This document shows, piece after piece, positions 1 through 14,471 of a DNA stretch of 64,000 nt. Made by a program: the position numbers and the translations under genes. Where the stretch lies: assembly GCF_009914755.1 (NCBI RefSeq), contig NC_060941.1. One strand, written 5' to 3'. The notes beneath the pieces were generated by a model that saw only the letters and a program-made list of their open reading frames with translations, was not told the DNA's origin and did not search any database. The DNA comes from the human T2T-CHM13v2.0 reference genome, Homo sapiens. Every line of letters starts with the position of its first letter. The stretch's first letter is position 1.

Positions 1-143
1 TTTAAATGACAAATTTCTCTGGATTTTTATTTTCTCACATGAAAAATGGAGGAAAGTCTTTATAAAGCATAACAAATCAGATTACACTTATATTTCTTGA
101 GGACCTAGTGCTGTGTCAAGTACTGTGTTAAGCACTTCCACGC

Positions 144-445
144 TTTTTTTCTTTTTTTTTTTTTTTAGATGGAGTCTTGCTCTGTCACCCAGGCTGGAGT
201 GCAGTGGTGCAGTCTAGGCTCACTGCAACCTCCACCTCCCGGGTTCAATGATTCTCCTGCCTCAGCCTCCCGCGCAACTGGGATTACAGGCACCCACCAC
301 CACGCCCGGCTAATTTTTGTATTCTTAGTAGAGATGGGGTTTCACTACAATGACCAGGCTGGTCTCGAACTCCTGACCTAGGTGATCCACCCGCCTTGGC
401 CTCCCAAAGTGCTGGGATTACAGGCGTGAGCCACAGCGCCCGGCC
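144..445 (-). mobile_element. Alu (AluS-like)
   Basis: Poly(T) followed by reverse Alu body ending GAGCCACAGCGCCCGGCC; CACTTCCAC repeated on both flanks. Confidence 0.95.
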
Positions 446-823
446 TAACACTTCCACAGTTTTATCTCATTACTTTTCATGAAACCGACAGTAGATATAT
501 TATTATTGTTGTTAAACAGTTTTACAAATGAGAAAACGCAGAGAGAAGTGACTTGCTCAAAGGTGAACAGCAAGTGAGTGGCAGAGCTTGCCCTGGAACC
601 TGGTTCTTCTTGACTCCAAGTTTAGAGGCAAGAAATAGGAATGGGATTTGAAACTCAAGAGTTTCCTGCGACCACAAGAGAAAACCTAGAGAGGTCTTCG
701 TCTATAGAGAAGTATCTCTGATGAATGGTCAACTGCTTCATCTTAACTCTGGGACAGTTACATTCTTTTCTGCTCCCCACCTCCCTGCCTCATTCCCCAC
801 TGTGGAATTTAGAAAGTTATCTC

Positions 824-3011
824 GCCCTCCCTCCTCCCCCACAAAAAAAGTTTGAGTCGCCGCTGCGGGTTGCTAGCGGAGTCGCGCGTCGGGAGCTACG
901 TAGGGCAGGGAAGGCATGGCTTCTGTTTTCGTCCAATGAGAAGGGGCCAGCGGTGGCGGTCGGACCAGGTCCGGGGCCTGGGGACGCCGAGGCGGCCGCG
1001 GAGGAGCGCCGCGTCAAGGTCTCCAGCCTGCCCTACAGTGTGGATGCGCTCGTGTCGGACAAGAAGCCGCCCAAGGAGGCATCCCCAGTGCCGGCCAAAA
1101 GCGCCTCTTCCGGGGCCACCCTGCGGCTACTGCTGCTGCCGGGGCACGGCGCTCGGGAAGCGCACAGCCCCGGGCCGCTGATCAAGCCCTTCGAGACCGC
1201 CTCGGTCAAGTGGGAAAACTCCCTAAGACGGAGCGGCGTGGATGCAGGAACCCTGCTGATAATTCGCCGCCGCCAAGACACGTGAGCCCTACCACCTGCA
1301 CCCTGAGAAAACACAAGACCAATCCGAAGCCGCGCACAGCCTTTACCACGTCCCAGCTCCTCGCTCTGGAGGGCAAGTTGCTCCAGAAACAGTACCTCTC
1401 CATTGCAGAGGGTGCGGACTTCTCCAGCTCTCCGAACCTCACGGAGACTCAGGTCAAAATCTTGTTCCAGAACCGAAGGGCCAAGACGAAAAGACTGCAG
1501 GAGTCAGAACTGGAAAAGCTGAAAATGGCTGCAAAACCTATGCTACCCTCCAGCTTCAGTCTCCCTTTCCCCATCAGCTCGCCCCTGCAGGCAGCGTCCA
1601 TATACGCAGCATCCTACCCGTTCCATAGACCTGTGCTTCCCATCCCGCCCGTGGGACTCTATGCCACGCCAGTGGGATATGGCATGTACCACCTGTCCTA
1701 AGGAAGACCAGATCAATAGACTCCATGATGGATGTTTGTTTCAAAGGGTTTCCTCTCCCTCTCCAAGAAGGCAGGACCAGCCAATACTCCTGTTCTGCAA
1801 ACCCTGAGTGCACCACCCTAAGCGGCTAGGCCGGCAGGGCCACACGACACAGCTGAAATTTGTTCTTTAGGCGGAGGCACCAAGCCTTGTTTTCTTGGTG
1901 TAATCTTCCAGGTGCCCCCTTCTCCTTTCACAAAGATTGGCTCTGATGGTTTTTATGTATAAATATATATATAATAAAATATAATACATTTGTATACAGT
2001 AGAAGTAAAAATTCAAATTATTTTAAAAGGCAAAATTTATATACATATGTGCTTTTTTCCTATATGTCACCTTCTTAAAGAGACTGTGTAAGTCCATTTG
2101 TTGTGTTTTCTTAAAGAGGGAGACAAATTATTTGCAAAACTTGCTAAAGTCAATGATTTTGATGGGATGATTGACTTCTGCTTATGGAAAACAAATATTA
2201 GAATTGGACATAATGCACATAGAAAGTATTAGATATGGAGAGGTTTTTCAAAGTGAAGGGGACACATCACATTTCTGCATTTTACTTGCATTAAAAGAAA
2301 CCTTTTTATATACTACCATATTTGTTCCTATCTCTCCCCACGCCCACCCCCCCCCACACACACATTTTTACAGTTTTACCTTTTTGAAGAATTTTTTTTT
2401 TGTAAGACCAATAACCGGGATGAGAAGAATCCTGAGAATGCCTGGAGGTGAGGTAGAAAATTAGAAATACTTCCTAATTCTTCTCAAGGCTGTTGCTTTA
2501 CTTCATTTCAGATAATTGGAGAGTAAAAAGTTAAAGCCTGTTGGGAGGAGTTGATGGTTTCTGAGAAATACTAGGTACTTTCATCCTCACAGATTGCAAA
2601 GATTATTTGGGTGGGGGGGTACAGTAATTTTCTGCTTAAAAAATGAGTACCTTGTAACCATTACCTGTATGCTAAATATTCTTGAACAATTGGTAGATCC
2701 AGAAAGAAAAAAAATTATGCTTTCTCTGTGTGTGTACCTGCTGTATATGCTAAACTTATTAGAAAATTTTATATACTTTTTAACATGTCCAGGGCAGAAG
2801 ATAAAGCCATGTTTTGACTTGGTGAAAATGGAGTTGCCAAACAGCCCATTAAGCTCCCTGGTATTTCACCTTCCTCTCCATCTCTCCCATCCCTCCAGTA
2901 TGCCTTTACCCCTTTGAAAGGGTGCCTTGTACAATTGTATATATTTTATTGAAGAGTTATTATATCTTATTCTGAATTAAATTAAACATGTTTTATTGCA
3001 AAAAAAAGAAG
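824..3011 (+). pseudogene. MSX2P1: Processed pseudogene of MSX2 (5'UTR, disrupted CDS, full 3'UTR, poly(A))
   Basis: Intronless MSX2-like sequence. ATG 916 hits TGA at 937-939 after a frameshifting deletion; further frameshift/stop near 1220-1262; degenerate homeodomain (..[10 protein letters not shown]48L); C-terminus ..GYGMYHLS* at 1701; ATTAAA 2981-2986; A-tail from 3000; TSD AGAA(A/C)GTTATCTC at 811-823 and 3012-3024. Confidence 0.96.
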
Positions 3012-3129
3012 AGAACGTTATCTCACTTTTAGCATTGTCTAAATAGTTCCCCAAAAGGCATTTGCCCTTTGTTTTTGTTCCATCTTTACTAAATACTCTT
3101 TGGATAATCTTCATATTGTGCTACTTAGC

Positions 3130-3530
3130 TGAAATGGCTTAAATATGGCCCCTTCAAAATTCAGGTATTGAAATTTAATGTTCAATGTGATGGTGTTAAG
3201 AGGCGAAGCCTTTAAGAGGTGATTAGGCCATGAGGATTCCTCCCTTATTAATGGGATTAAGGCCTTTATAAAAGAGACTTCATGCAGCATTAGGCTCGCT
3301 AGCCCTTTGGTCTTCTGCCATATGAGGACACAGCATTCCTCCCCTCTGGAGGATGCAGCAACAAGGTGCCATCTTGGAAGCAGAGAATAGCCCTCACCAG
3401 ACAACCAAACCTGTTGGAACCTTAATCTTGGACTGTCCAGCCTCCAGAACTGCAAAAGAATAAATTTCTGTTCTTTACAAATCATGCAGTCTGTGGTGTT
3501 TCACTATAATCATACAAACAGACTAAGACA
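3130..3530 (+). mobile_element. MaLR solo LTR (MST/MLT1A-like)
   Basis: TG...CA ends, MaLR motifs (GGATTAAGGCCTTTATAAAAG, AATAAATTTCTGTTC, GACTAAGACA); TTAGC/TTACC flanks. Confidence 0.8.
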
Positions 3531-3946
3531 TTACCCAACACAATCTTTCCCTCATTTGTATAGTATGGCTGAGAGGAGGATGGCATAACATAATTGAGGA
3601 ACCAAGGCCAGAGAGGCCAGGGCCATGCTTACCAGTGTTCCAAATCTAGGGTAGTGAATTCATTTCCAAGGCTACTACTTCATGTGTGTTTCTGCTTTTC
3701 TCTTTAACTGGAATGAGAGCTTCTTGAGGGCAGGCGCCATGCATTATTCATTTTTAAATCCTCCCAGCTCCTGAACAGTACCTGACAGAGAGAGGAAGCA
3801 TTTTTACTTTTATCTTTTTTTAACATTTTTCCAGCTTCCTATAGTTTCCCTCTGTCAATTTCTGTATATTTATTTCTTCCATCTTCCTTGGGGTATGCAT
3901 CATTTTGTAAAAGTCTCAGGCAATGTATAATATGGACCCAAAGTTA

Positions 3947-4356
<410 letters not shown>

Positions 4357-5935
4357 TCAGAGGCTCTTCCTGGTTTCTCTTGAAGCCATCATGGCAACTC
4401 TGAACTTATCCTTTCTCCACTTCTTCCTCCTTGTTTCCGTTTCACACATTTCTCCACATTTACACTCAACCTTTGGAAATGAGGAAGGGTAAAATGGACT
4501 CTCTGTCTTATTTGATCTCTGTGGCCCCTTAGAACAGCATTTTCCTCTTTCACATTAAAATCCTTTAAATATCAAATGATGCTTTTCACATCCTCCAATT
4601 TGTCTCTTCTCCACGTGCAACATCTGCCTTCCTATAGTTGTTCCTCTTGTGACAGGTTTGCTGATTCTACCAGCCCGGGCATCTCTTCTGTATTTACTCT
4701 CATATGGCAACATCCCTCTTAAGGTGTGATGCTCACCATATGATACTGCTGCACTGGGCTGTAATTTCTTTGAGAAAAGATGATTTTCTCCTCTGAAATA
4801 TATGTCCATAACAATGCTTTTAGCTGCAAGTAGCAGAATAATCAAGTGACAGTGGCTTCAATAAAGAAGAAAGTATTATCTCATTTAAACAGAAGACTAA
4901 AGGATAAGCAATTCCAGAGTTGGTTAATTCAGTAATTTAAACATTTTAGGGCTCTGGGTTGGCTGCTCTGCAATTCCTTGTCTTTCCTCTCATGGTAGCC
5001 ATACGGCTGTCAAAGCTCCAGGCATCACACCTTTATTTCAAGTGATTCAGCAAGAAGCATAAGAAAATGCATCCATGTGCTTTTTTTTTTTCTTTTTACC
5101 AGGGGAGAAAAGAACCACACCAGCAGAATTATCGTATGACCCAGTTGACCAGAACTGCATCATATGGTCACCCCAGTCTGCAAAAAAGAATGGAAGGGTG
5201 AATGTCTGGTTTCTTCAGCCAGGAAAAAGAGTACTGGGAATGGCAACCAACAGTGTCTGCCACGTATGTCTAAGCCCCTGGCAGCAAGAAGACAGACAAT
5301 TGGATTGAGTGAGAAATCTTGTTGATAAGAAAACTCTATCATGGGCAGTGATTATAAAATCAAATGCCTAGAGAAGCTGACAATAAGTTAAGTGGGCCCA
5401 GTGAACACTAAGGGGAACTGGAGGTGCTCATCCAGATAAAAGAGGAAATCCTATTTCAAGTCTTCTCTTCGACCCTAATGCAGAATTCCAGTACTTAAGT
5501 CTGTACAAAAAAATCGGAAGGATTTTACTTAGAGATACAAAACAGCCCCAAATAAATAGTCCCAGGCTGTTTTCTCCAGTTAACAAAACAGGTGACATGA
5601 TAATCCTAAGAGAGGCCTTCAAGTTCTCAAGCCCTACTCATGCACATAGTGCTTCCAATCAGCATCTTAGTGGTTTGATTTTAAATACCAGTGGTTAGCT
5701 GGAGACCACTAGGCAGATGAAGAAAATTTCCAATATAGAAGGCAGACACAAAAGCAGAACAAAACGGAAAATTAGAGAAGTCCAAGTAAACAGAAGCAAT
5801 TCAAGTAATAGAAGAAAACTTTCTAAGTTTTTATAAATTTAACTTTATATTTTGAGGTAACTGCAGGTTTACTTGAAGTTGTAAGAAATAATAGAGATCT
5901 CATGTACACTTTACCCAGATTCTTTCAATGGTAAC

Positions 5936-6294
5936 TGCCATATGCTAAATGTTTATGTCTCCCCAAAACTCACGTGTTGAAACCTAATCCCCAGTGGAAT
6001 GGTATTTGGAGGTGGGGCCTTTGGTAGACGATTAGGTCATGAGGCAGGGGCCTTATGAATGGGATTAGTGCCCTTATAAAAGAGTCCCTGGAGAGTTGCC
6101 TTGCTCCTTTGCCATGTGAGGACAGTGAGAAGACAGCTGTCCATAAACTAGAAAGTGGACCTTGATGAGACACCGAATCTGCCAGCATCTTGTCTTGGAC
6201 TTCCAAGTCTTCAAAACTGAGAAATAAATTTCTGTTGTGTATAAGCCACCCAGTCTATGGCGTGCTGTTATAGCAGTGCAAACAGGCTAAGGCA
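5936..6294 (+). mobile_element. MaLR solo LTR (MLT1A-like) nested in an old L1M fragment (~5830-6365)
   Basis: TG...CA ends, MLT1A motifs; L1-like sequence resumes on both sides. Confidence 0.75.
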
Positions 6295-6779
6295 GAAATA
6301 GCTTGCAAAACTATAGTATGATATCACAAGGATATTAACATTGATACAGTCAAGACATAGAACAGGAAAGTTTTTAAAATCCTACCATTAATATCCACAA
6401 AAGATAAGTCACTGTATTCATAAAACAAGATTAGGATGCTATTTTAGAAGGGTACAATAAGAGGATGAGAAACAAATTCTTGGAAATTAAAGATATGTTT
6501 TGGTATACTGTATTTTTCTAAGATGACCACATCAATATCTTCCATTTCACATGCTCTTCATTACAATATGAATTTCACAAAGTGGGATCTTTGTTTCCTA
6601 CCCTTGAATCTGGAAGGGCTTGTGATCTTGGTGGAAGTGTCACCATGTAACCTCTGAGGATAGGTCGTAGAAGGCAATACAGACTCCAATTAGTTCTCTG
6701 TGGAATGCCCACTCTTGGAAGCAAGCTACTATGCTAGGAAAAAGCCCAAGTAGCCACATAGAGAGGCCATTTGCATTTC

Positions 6780-7720
6780 TATTAATATCTTGATTGACCG
6801 GCGTTTGTCCCCAGGTAGGTTTTTCAAGAAAGATTTATGAGAACTATATTTTCTGAATTAAATATTTGAAACAATTTATCTGTTGTTTTTATATATAAAT
6901 GACAATTTCACTGAATAAGCATCTTTGGATAATACTTTTTATTTTTCTTAGGTCTTTGTAGATGTTCTTCCGTTTTCTAGGGCTATTGAGAAGTTTGAAG
7001 CCAGCCTTCTTCTTATAGATGGATTCATCTTTTTCCATGGCAGCTTTTAGGATTCTTTCTTTATCTTTGGAATTCTGTAACTTTATTCAGTTCTGTTGTA
7101 GCATCTGTTGACATTTATCACATTTCCTGGCACACAATCTGCCTTTTCAATCTATTGATTCCATTTATTTCATTTTCAGGAACATTTTCTTGAATTACAT
7201 CTTTGGATATTTTTTGCTCCAATTATTTATATGTCTTCTTCAAGGACATCCAAGTATTAATTAAACTGATATTCTTTGTCTATATTTCATGTACAAACAT
7301 ACACACACACTTCTTACTCATCCTTTTAAACTTTTGCTCTTTTCCATTTCATTGTGTTTAGTTCTCTTAAGCCTGCCTTTCAGATATCTTACTGTATTTT
7401 AAGCAGTGACTATTCTCATTTTCACTGTTTCCATTTTTTTGTGATGATTTTATTTTCTTCCTATTCTTTTTTCCTGATCTCTGCCAGTTACGTTTTCCAT
7501 CTCTGTTTTCATATTATCATTCAATTCTTAAGATTTAATTATTCTGCTGAGCTCTTAATAGATAGAAGTTTGATTCATTTTTTTCTGAGTTATCTACATT
7601 CTTGAAAAACTTTTCAATAAAAATTTTCTTCTCTATTCTGTTCTGTGCTCTTCACCTGCCTTCTTTCCTCCTTTTTGACCTATTTTTTATAGACTCTGCA
7701 AGTTGCTTTTTAATTATTAC
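6780..7720 (-). mobile_element. Old, degraded L1 fragment
   Basis: T-rich sequence resembling antisense L1; boundaries approximate. Confidence 0.45.
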
Positions 7721-7866
7721 ACATTCTTAAAGAAGCAATTTGTTTAACTAGTTATGTGTTAAAATAAAAAGTGGTGGTGATGGTAGTGAAGACAGGCCAG
7801 GGAGTGCTCTGGGTTAATTGTCCTGGGCTCACAGTGCAGCACTTAACACTGAATGATAGAGGCATT

Positions 7867-7867
7867 T

Positions 7868-7906
<39 letters not shown>
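7867..7906. repeat. (TG)n microsatellite
   Basis: Direct read. Confidence 0.95.
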
Positions 7907-7907
<1 letters not shown>

Positions 7908-8639
7908 AAATTTAGTCTATCTCTTCAGCTGGTAAAGATCAGCAGCTGCAGGGGTGCCCATAGCCCACAGTTTCTCTATCTTACTGGATAGTGCAGTTAT
8001 AAATGTGGCATAAGCCCAGCCTCTCAATCCCTTTTTGGTGTTTAATATCACTTAAGGAAGCTCTTGCAGCCAGCCTGTGTGCCCGGATCTGGTCCATCCA
8101 CACAAAGGTGGTTGTTTTATCTTCATTATATACCACCTACTTAGGAGCCAACTCTGCCAGCATTGTCCAGGAGTTGTTGTGGGCAGAAGCCTCTCTCTCT
8201 TCACAGTACTTGATAGTCCTTCATGGTTCATTTTGGGTTTTGTTGTCATCTGAGTTGTAAACATGTCTTAATTTTATTGAAAGTGGAATTTCTGTTGCCA
8301 GTGAGGAAGAGAAAAATAAAAACCTTTGTTTTCTTATAACCAGAAGTCATTTATTCATTTAATTTTTTAAAAGTTGTCTTGGGCCACTTTTTAGTTTATA
8401 AAAATCTTACTTTTATATGATTCAGAATATCAGTTCTAAAGGTAATATACAGCACAGAAAAGCTGCTTATAATCTACAACACTGACACAAAGGGAAGGAA
8501 TATAAGTAAAATTTCTTCCAGATTTATCTTACACATGGTTAATCCACAACACCAGGTGCTTAATTGAATTTGTTGAATATGCCCCCATTAAAATGAATAT
8601 GGCTATATTTATGAGAATTTATGCCTTTAAGACATCTCT

Positions 8640-8658
8640 TACTGAGGCTATGTTCTCT

Positions 8659-8694
<36 letters not shown>

Positions 8695-9033
8695 AGAGAG
8701 ATAAAGGTATTTATTGCAAGGACTTGGCTTACATGATTGTGAAGCTGGCTAGGCAAGTACGTAATCTGCAGGGCAGGCCATCAGCTGAAGTTGCTGTCTA
8801 CATGCAGAATTTTCCTCCTTCAGGGAAACCTCAGTTCTTCTCTTTAGTTCTTTCAACTGATTGAATCAGGCACACCCAGATGATCTAGGATAACCTCCTT
8901 TACTTAAAGTCAACTGATTATAGACATCAATTTTATCTACAAAATACCTTCACAGCAACACCTAGATTAGAGTTTGATTGAATAACTGGAAACTATAGCC
9001 TAGTCAAGTTGACACATAACACAGACCATCACA
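8640..9033 (-). mobile_element. MLT2-type (ERVL) LTR containing (GA)n at 8658-8700
   Basis: Motifs CTTAAAGTCAACTGATT, CACAGCAACACCTAGATTAG, AAGTTGACACATAAC..ACCATCACA. Confidence 0.7.
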
Positions 9034-11623
9034 AAGGGAGAATGATTAATTATCAATGATGCTGGGCTTCCTGCATGAGAATTTACATGATATTTCCTCT
9101 ACATGTGTCCTGTATCCGTTTAGTGGCTTGACATTATAATAGTAGCTAAGTCTGACAAACATTTATTTTCTTAGAAATGTGATACATATAGAAATAATTT
9201 TCTCAGCTCAATTTTCCATGACTGAGTCTTTAGCATAATTACTCCATCCAGGCCATTCATACACTGGCAACCATTATATTGACTAGTGGTTGCAGTAAAG
9301 ATGAGCTTTGATGGACATTTTACGACCTACCTGTACTTTTGACAGGGGAAATATATAAACTGGAACCTACCAGGTCTCTATTACTGAAAGCTAAATCGGA
9401 ATCATAAAGAATTAATCCAGGTAATTCAAAATCACCCATCTGAGAGTCAATAACATTAACAAGGCCTGTGCCCATCCCCACCATCAATCTAGACTACTTT
9501 CCTGAGTGGCTCAATTTTAAAGTAGACTAAAGCTCCAAATAATGGGAAGAATTTGTGTTTTTTTTAAATTGACATCTCTTGTATGTGAAAGAACGTCACT
9601 TCGTGTTCTTATCCCCAGAGGCAGAGTCTTTATTTTGCCAAGTATAAACATTCGCAATGAAAGAACTCAGACCAACCTGAGAACCTCACGTGGATCAGAG
9701 AGCTGTGAGAAATCACACAGATTTTACAGCACATCAAGCTTACAGTGTTGGTTAATTCCAATTTTTAATCAGTTCCTCATAATTAGAAAATATATGGGCT
9801 TCTTGTGCCAATCCTTGTATTAAAGGGAGTAATAATTGACATGTAAATAATGCTAGCACTTTGTAGATGGTGTGAGTATAATTGATATGGGTAGTGAATC
9901 AACTGTGGGGGTATTGGTTGACAAGATGAAGAACAAGATTTATGGGGTAATTAAGTTTTCATTTTAGTATGCAGACATTTTCCCATCCATGACGTTGCCT
10001 ATGTAAAGATCAATTCAGTTTAAAAGGAGAAGAAATCAAACCAGTTACCTTGACAACACCATGAAAGAGAACTATCCATTGTGCTGAAGAGCAAGTCGTT
10101 GGTTCTCAATGTCTGGTCCCTGGAACAGGTGCATCAGCATTATCTGAGAACTTGCTACAAATGCAAATTCTTGGTCTTACCATTGATGTACTGAATGAGA
10201 AATTCTGGGCTGGGAACAGAAGTCTGCCTTTTAACAAGGCCTTCAGGTAATTCTCTCAAGGGTAGGTGTCACTGGTCTAAGAAAGAAATTCTCCTAAAAC
10301 TCTCAGAGTCTCCTTTTTTTTGAAGACCCTCTTGTCCTTTTGGATCTTGGCCTGAATATTACCCATTCCTCAAATCTCTAAAATTTTCAATGTGCTTGGT
10401 ACTTTGGGCCCCCCAAGGAAGACCTCTCAAAGAGTGTGTGCTTTTGAGACATTTAGAAACTTTTTAACAACTCCCATTGCTCCCTTGGCCCCAGTGATAA
10501 TCAGCCCAGCTCAGCTTCCTGAGCCCTGTCCAATAGTTTCTCCCAAAGGATATTCCCCCTTCCCCTGGGGTCTCACCCATGGTATTATTCATGAAGTAAG
10601 GGCAGGAGCTAAGAAACTGTGAGGCTGAAGCAAAGGATCTCCAAGAAGATGTACACTGAAGCCCCATTCTGGGCTAAAGGGAGGTGAGAGACCAGTGTTT
10701 CCTCAGCTGCACAGAGATCAGCTGTAAGAAAGATCTTGCAACACCTGCTAGAGGGTGGGAGTAATAAGCAAGTGACATAGACCTGACGATAGTAAGTCTA
10801 AAGGATGAGCAGAGACTCAAGAAAAACTGCAAGGGGAATGTGATGTTGAAAACGGATGCCTCCGATTACATAGGAAAACAACAAAGCACAGAATTCGCCC
10901 TATGAGACTTAGAGGGAGGATGCTCACAGCAAAGGACATCAACGGTGAGGAAAATCACAAGATTCTCGACATTGTCACATAAAACAAAGTCACATTTACC
11001 TGCTAATATATTAAGTTGGCAAACATTTCTGAGCAAGTGCTAAATCAGAGATGCTGTCATAGACTCTGAGCTTACTAAGTTATTGAATTTACAATCTAGT
11101 TAAGAGAAGCAATAGAAAAAATGATAAATGCTATAATGGAGGTATTTATCAAATGCTATTGGAACACAGAGAAATAAGGAATTAATTCTGCATGAGAGAA
11201 ATGGGGGGAGGAGTCAAAGGGAAAGTGATATTTCTCTTATCGCCTCTAGGTTGAGAAGGTAGCAAAAGGCATTTCAGGAAACAGGATTTATTACCAAAGA
11301 TATGAAAATAATGAAATATACTGCCTACATGGAAGCTATGAGTTCTTTGAACAGCAATCAGTTCCCAGGTGACAGTGATACTGATTAGAAAGGTATAGGG
11401 AGGCTATTTTTTATAGTCTTGTATGAAATGCTGAGAGAGAGTTGCATGCACGTATGTAGGTATGTTTTTCCACCCTCAGTTTATCCACAGAGCATTTTAG
11501 GTGGCTTCTGAGAGTTTGAGTTTTAAGCTGTGAGCAAATCAAATATTATAACAATGAGGAATATGATCACATCTGAGTCAGAGGGGTCTCATGGACAGCT
11601 GTGTAGAAGGTGTCCTGGAGTGA

Positions 11624-11913
11624 GGCCAGGCGCGGTGGCTCATGCCTGTAATCCCAGCACTTTGGGAGGCGGAAGCGGGCGGATCACGAGGTCAGGAGAT
11701 CGAGACCATCCTGCTAACACAGTGAAACCGTGTTACAAAAAAAATTAGCCGGGCGAGGTGGTGGGCGCCTGTAGTTCCAGCTACGCGGGAGGCTGAGGTA
11801 AAAGAATGGCGTGAACCCGGGAGGCGGAGCTTGCAGTGAGTGAGCCGAGATCGCGCCACTCCAGCCTGGGCGACAGCGAGACTCCGTCACAAAAAAAAAA
11901 AAAAAAAAAAAAA
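11624..11913 (+). mobile_element. AluY-family element with shortened linker
   Basis: GGATCACGAGGTCAGGAGATCGAGACC; perfect 18-bp TSD AGAAGGTGTCCTGGAGTG at 11605-11622 and 11914-11931. Confidence 0.95.
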
Positions 11914-12090
11914 AGAAGGTGTCCTGGAGTGGAAGTAAACTGAAGGAGCAGAATAAGATTAGAATGACCTATAATATTGTAGATAATAGATTGCAATAGG
12001 CCAGGTAAGAGAGGGTAAGAGAGATTGAGACAGGGCAGGGGGAGGGGGGAGACCACTGACCCCCTCCCCTGTCACCCTCCATCTTCTTCT

Positions 12091-12399
<309 letters not shown>

Positions 12400-13547
12400 C
12401 CTCCATCTTCTTCTGTCCCTTTAGTCCCGTTTTCTCCACCTCCCCAGCACTTTTCCACTTCCTTTACCTTCACTTGCTCTATTCCTTCATCTCCCTTTAT
12501 TCCTTTGTCTATTTCTATTTGTTTTCTTTCAACAACTTCCTTTGTCTCCCACCCTTGGATTCAGTAACATCTTGTAAAATTCCTGTTTCATTCAGAAGCT
12601 CTCTGAGTCCCCTTCATACAATATTCATCATCTATTTCTCAATCCAATGACTCTCCCTCCCTTTTCTCCCTCTTGTCTCAGCACCACCACATATGCCTCA
12701 CTCATAAGGGGCCGCCCACAGTGGAGGGCAGGGGAACTACTGGATGTCTCAGGCATCCAGCTGCATCCAGTGTCTTCCTTGTGCTGAACTTGTGCACCTG
12801 ATAGCTATTCACCCATGCAGCAGTCAACACCAAGAGCTTTTTAAGTTAACTGTCATTAAGAATGGGTACTGCAGGGCACAAATAAATTGTGAGATCCAGA
12901 TATAGGCTTTGGACTTAATAGTTGAATTGTGGAGGGAAAATATAGACAAGGAAAATCCATTAACACGATGATGTATTAAATGTCATGTGAAAAATAATTG
13001 GCAAAGAATCTTATTACAGAGTGGAAGAGAGGATATCTTTAGATTAAGAGAATTCACACAGGTGAGTAATTGCCATTGATTATTCCATACACTGTTTTAG
13101 GAACTTTATATCTATCATTCTACTTAAGTCCTCAGAAAATTCTACAAAGCAGGTATTTTTATTTCTACCTTACAAATTCCCGTGAAAACTGAGGCCCAGA
13201 AAGATTAAGTAAGTTACTCATGGTCAAATCACAATGAAATGAAAGACCTGAAATTTGACTTCAGATGTATCTGACTCCAAGTGTCTTCCCACCACTATAT
13301 GAATCTTTGAAAGGCAGGTTGTATATACTTCTGGATGGCGTTAAGATTTCAGGAATGTATATTCCAGCACCCACTTGTAAACGATCCAGAGACAAGACAG
13401 CACCTAGTATAATGGTCTACACATAAGGATGCTCATCATATGGGCCTAAAACCTTGGTTCTGAGCCCCTGAGCCCTGAAAGGGAAAGTAGTGACTTCATG
13501 TATCTGTGTCTGTGGTTCATTTTCTTCAGGTGTATGGAGAAAACACC

Positions 13548-14471
13548 ATGGAAACAGGGAACCTCACGTGGGTATCAGACTTTGTCTTCCTGGGGCTCTC
13601 GCAGACTCGGGAGCTCCAGCGTTTCCTGTTTCTAATGTTCCTGTTTGTCTACATCACCACTGTTATGGGAAACATCCTTATCATCATCACAGTGACCTCT
13701 GATTCCCAGCTCCACACACCCATGTACTTTCTGCTCCGAAACCTGGCTGTCCTAGACCTCTGTTTCTCTTCAGTCACTGCTCCCAAAATGCTAGTGGACC
13801 TCCTCTCTGAGAAGAAAACCATCTCTTACCAGGGCTGCATGGGTCAGATCTTCTTCTTCCACTTTTTGGGAGGTGCCATGGTCTTCTTCCTCTCAGTGAT
13901 GGCCTTTGACCGCCTCATTGCCATCTCCCGGCCCCTCCGCTATGTCACCGTCATGAACACTCAGCTCTGGGTGGGGCTGGTGGTAGCCACCTGGGTGGGA
14001 GGCTTTGTCCACTCTATTGTCCAGCTGGCTCTGATGCTCCCACTGCCCTTCTGTGGCCCCAACATTTTGGATAACTTCTACTGTGATGTTCCCCAAGTAC
14101 TGAGACTTGCCTGCACTGACACCTCACTGCTGGAGTTCCTCAAGATCTCCAACAGTGGGCTGCTGGATGTCGTCTGGTTCTTCCTCCTCCTGATGTCCTA
14201 CTTATTCATCCTGGTGATGCTGAGGTCACATCCAGGGGAGGCAAGAAGGAAGGCAGCTTCCACCTGCACCACCCACATCATCGTGGTTTCCATGATCTTC
14301 GTTCCAAGCATTTACCTCTATGCCCGGCCCTTCACTCCATTCCCTATGGACAAGCTTGTGTCCATCGGCCACACAGTCATGACCCCCATGCTCAACCCCA
14401 TGATCTATACCCTGAGGAACCAGGACATGCAGGCAGCAGTGAGAAGATTAGGGAGACACCGGCTGGTTTGA
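13548..14471 (+). CDS. OR4D2: Olfactory receptor family 4D, 307 aa, single coding exon
   Basis: ACCATGG start; OR motifs [42 protein letters not shown]; N-glycosylation sequon NLT; acceptor TTTCTTCAG ending at 13529. Symbol from protein recall and position between MSX2P1 and EPX. Confidence 0.93.
   Translation: METGNLTWVSDFVFLGLSQTRELQRFLFLMFLFVYITTVMGNILIIITVTSDSQLHTPMYFLLRNLAVLDLCFSSVTAPKMLVDLLSEKKTISYQGCMGQIFFFHFLGGAMVFFLSVMAFDRLIAISRPLRYVTVMNTQLWVGLVVATWVGGFVHSIVQLALMLPLPFCGPNILDNFYCDVPQVLRLACTDTSLLEFLKISNSGLLDVVWFFLLLMSYLFILVMLRSHPGEARRKAASTCTTHIIVVSMIFVPSIYLYARPFTPFPMDKLVSIGHTVMTPMLNPMIYTLRNQDMQAAVRRLGRHRLV

Noticed and set aside
725-1701. 186-aa and 163-aa ORFs as a functional homeobox gene
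   Set aside because: They are frameshift-separated pieces of a retrocopy; the true ATG stops after 7 codons, the invariant homeodomain Trp is lost, and poly(A) and TSD are present.
13506-13547. 14-aa N-terminal extension of OR4D2 in the ORF track
   Set aside because: Starts at a non-ATG codon and crosses the splice acceptor; ATG 13548 has an ideal Kozak context.
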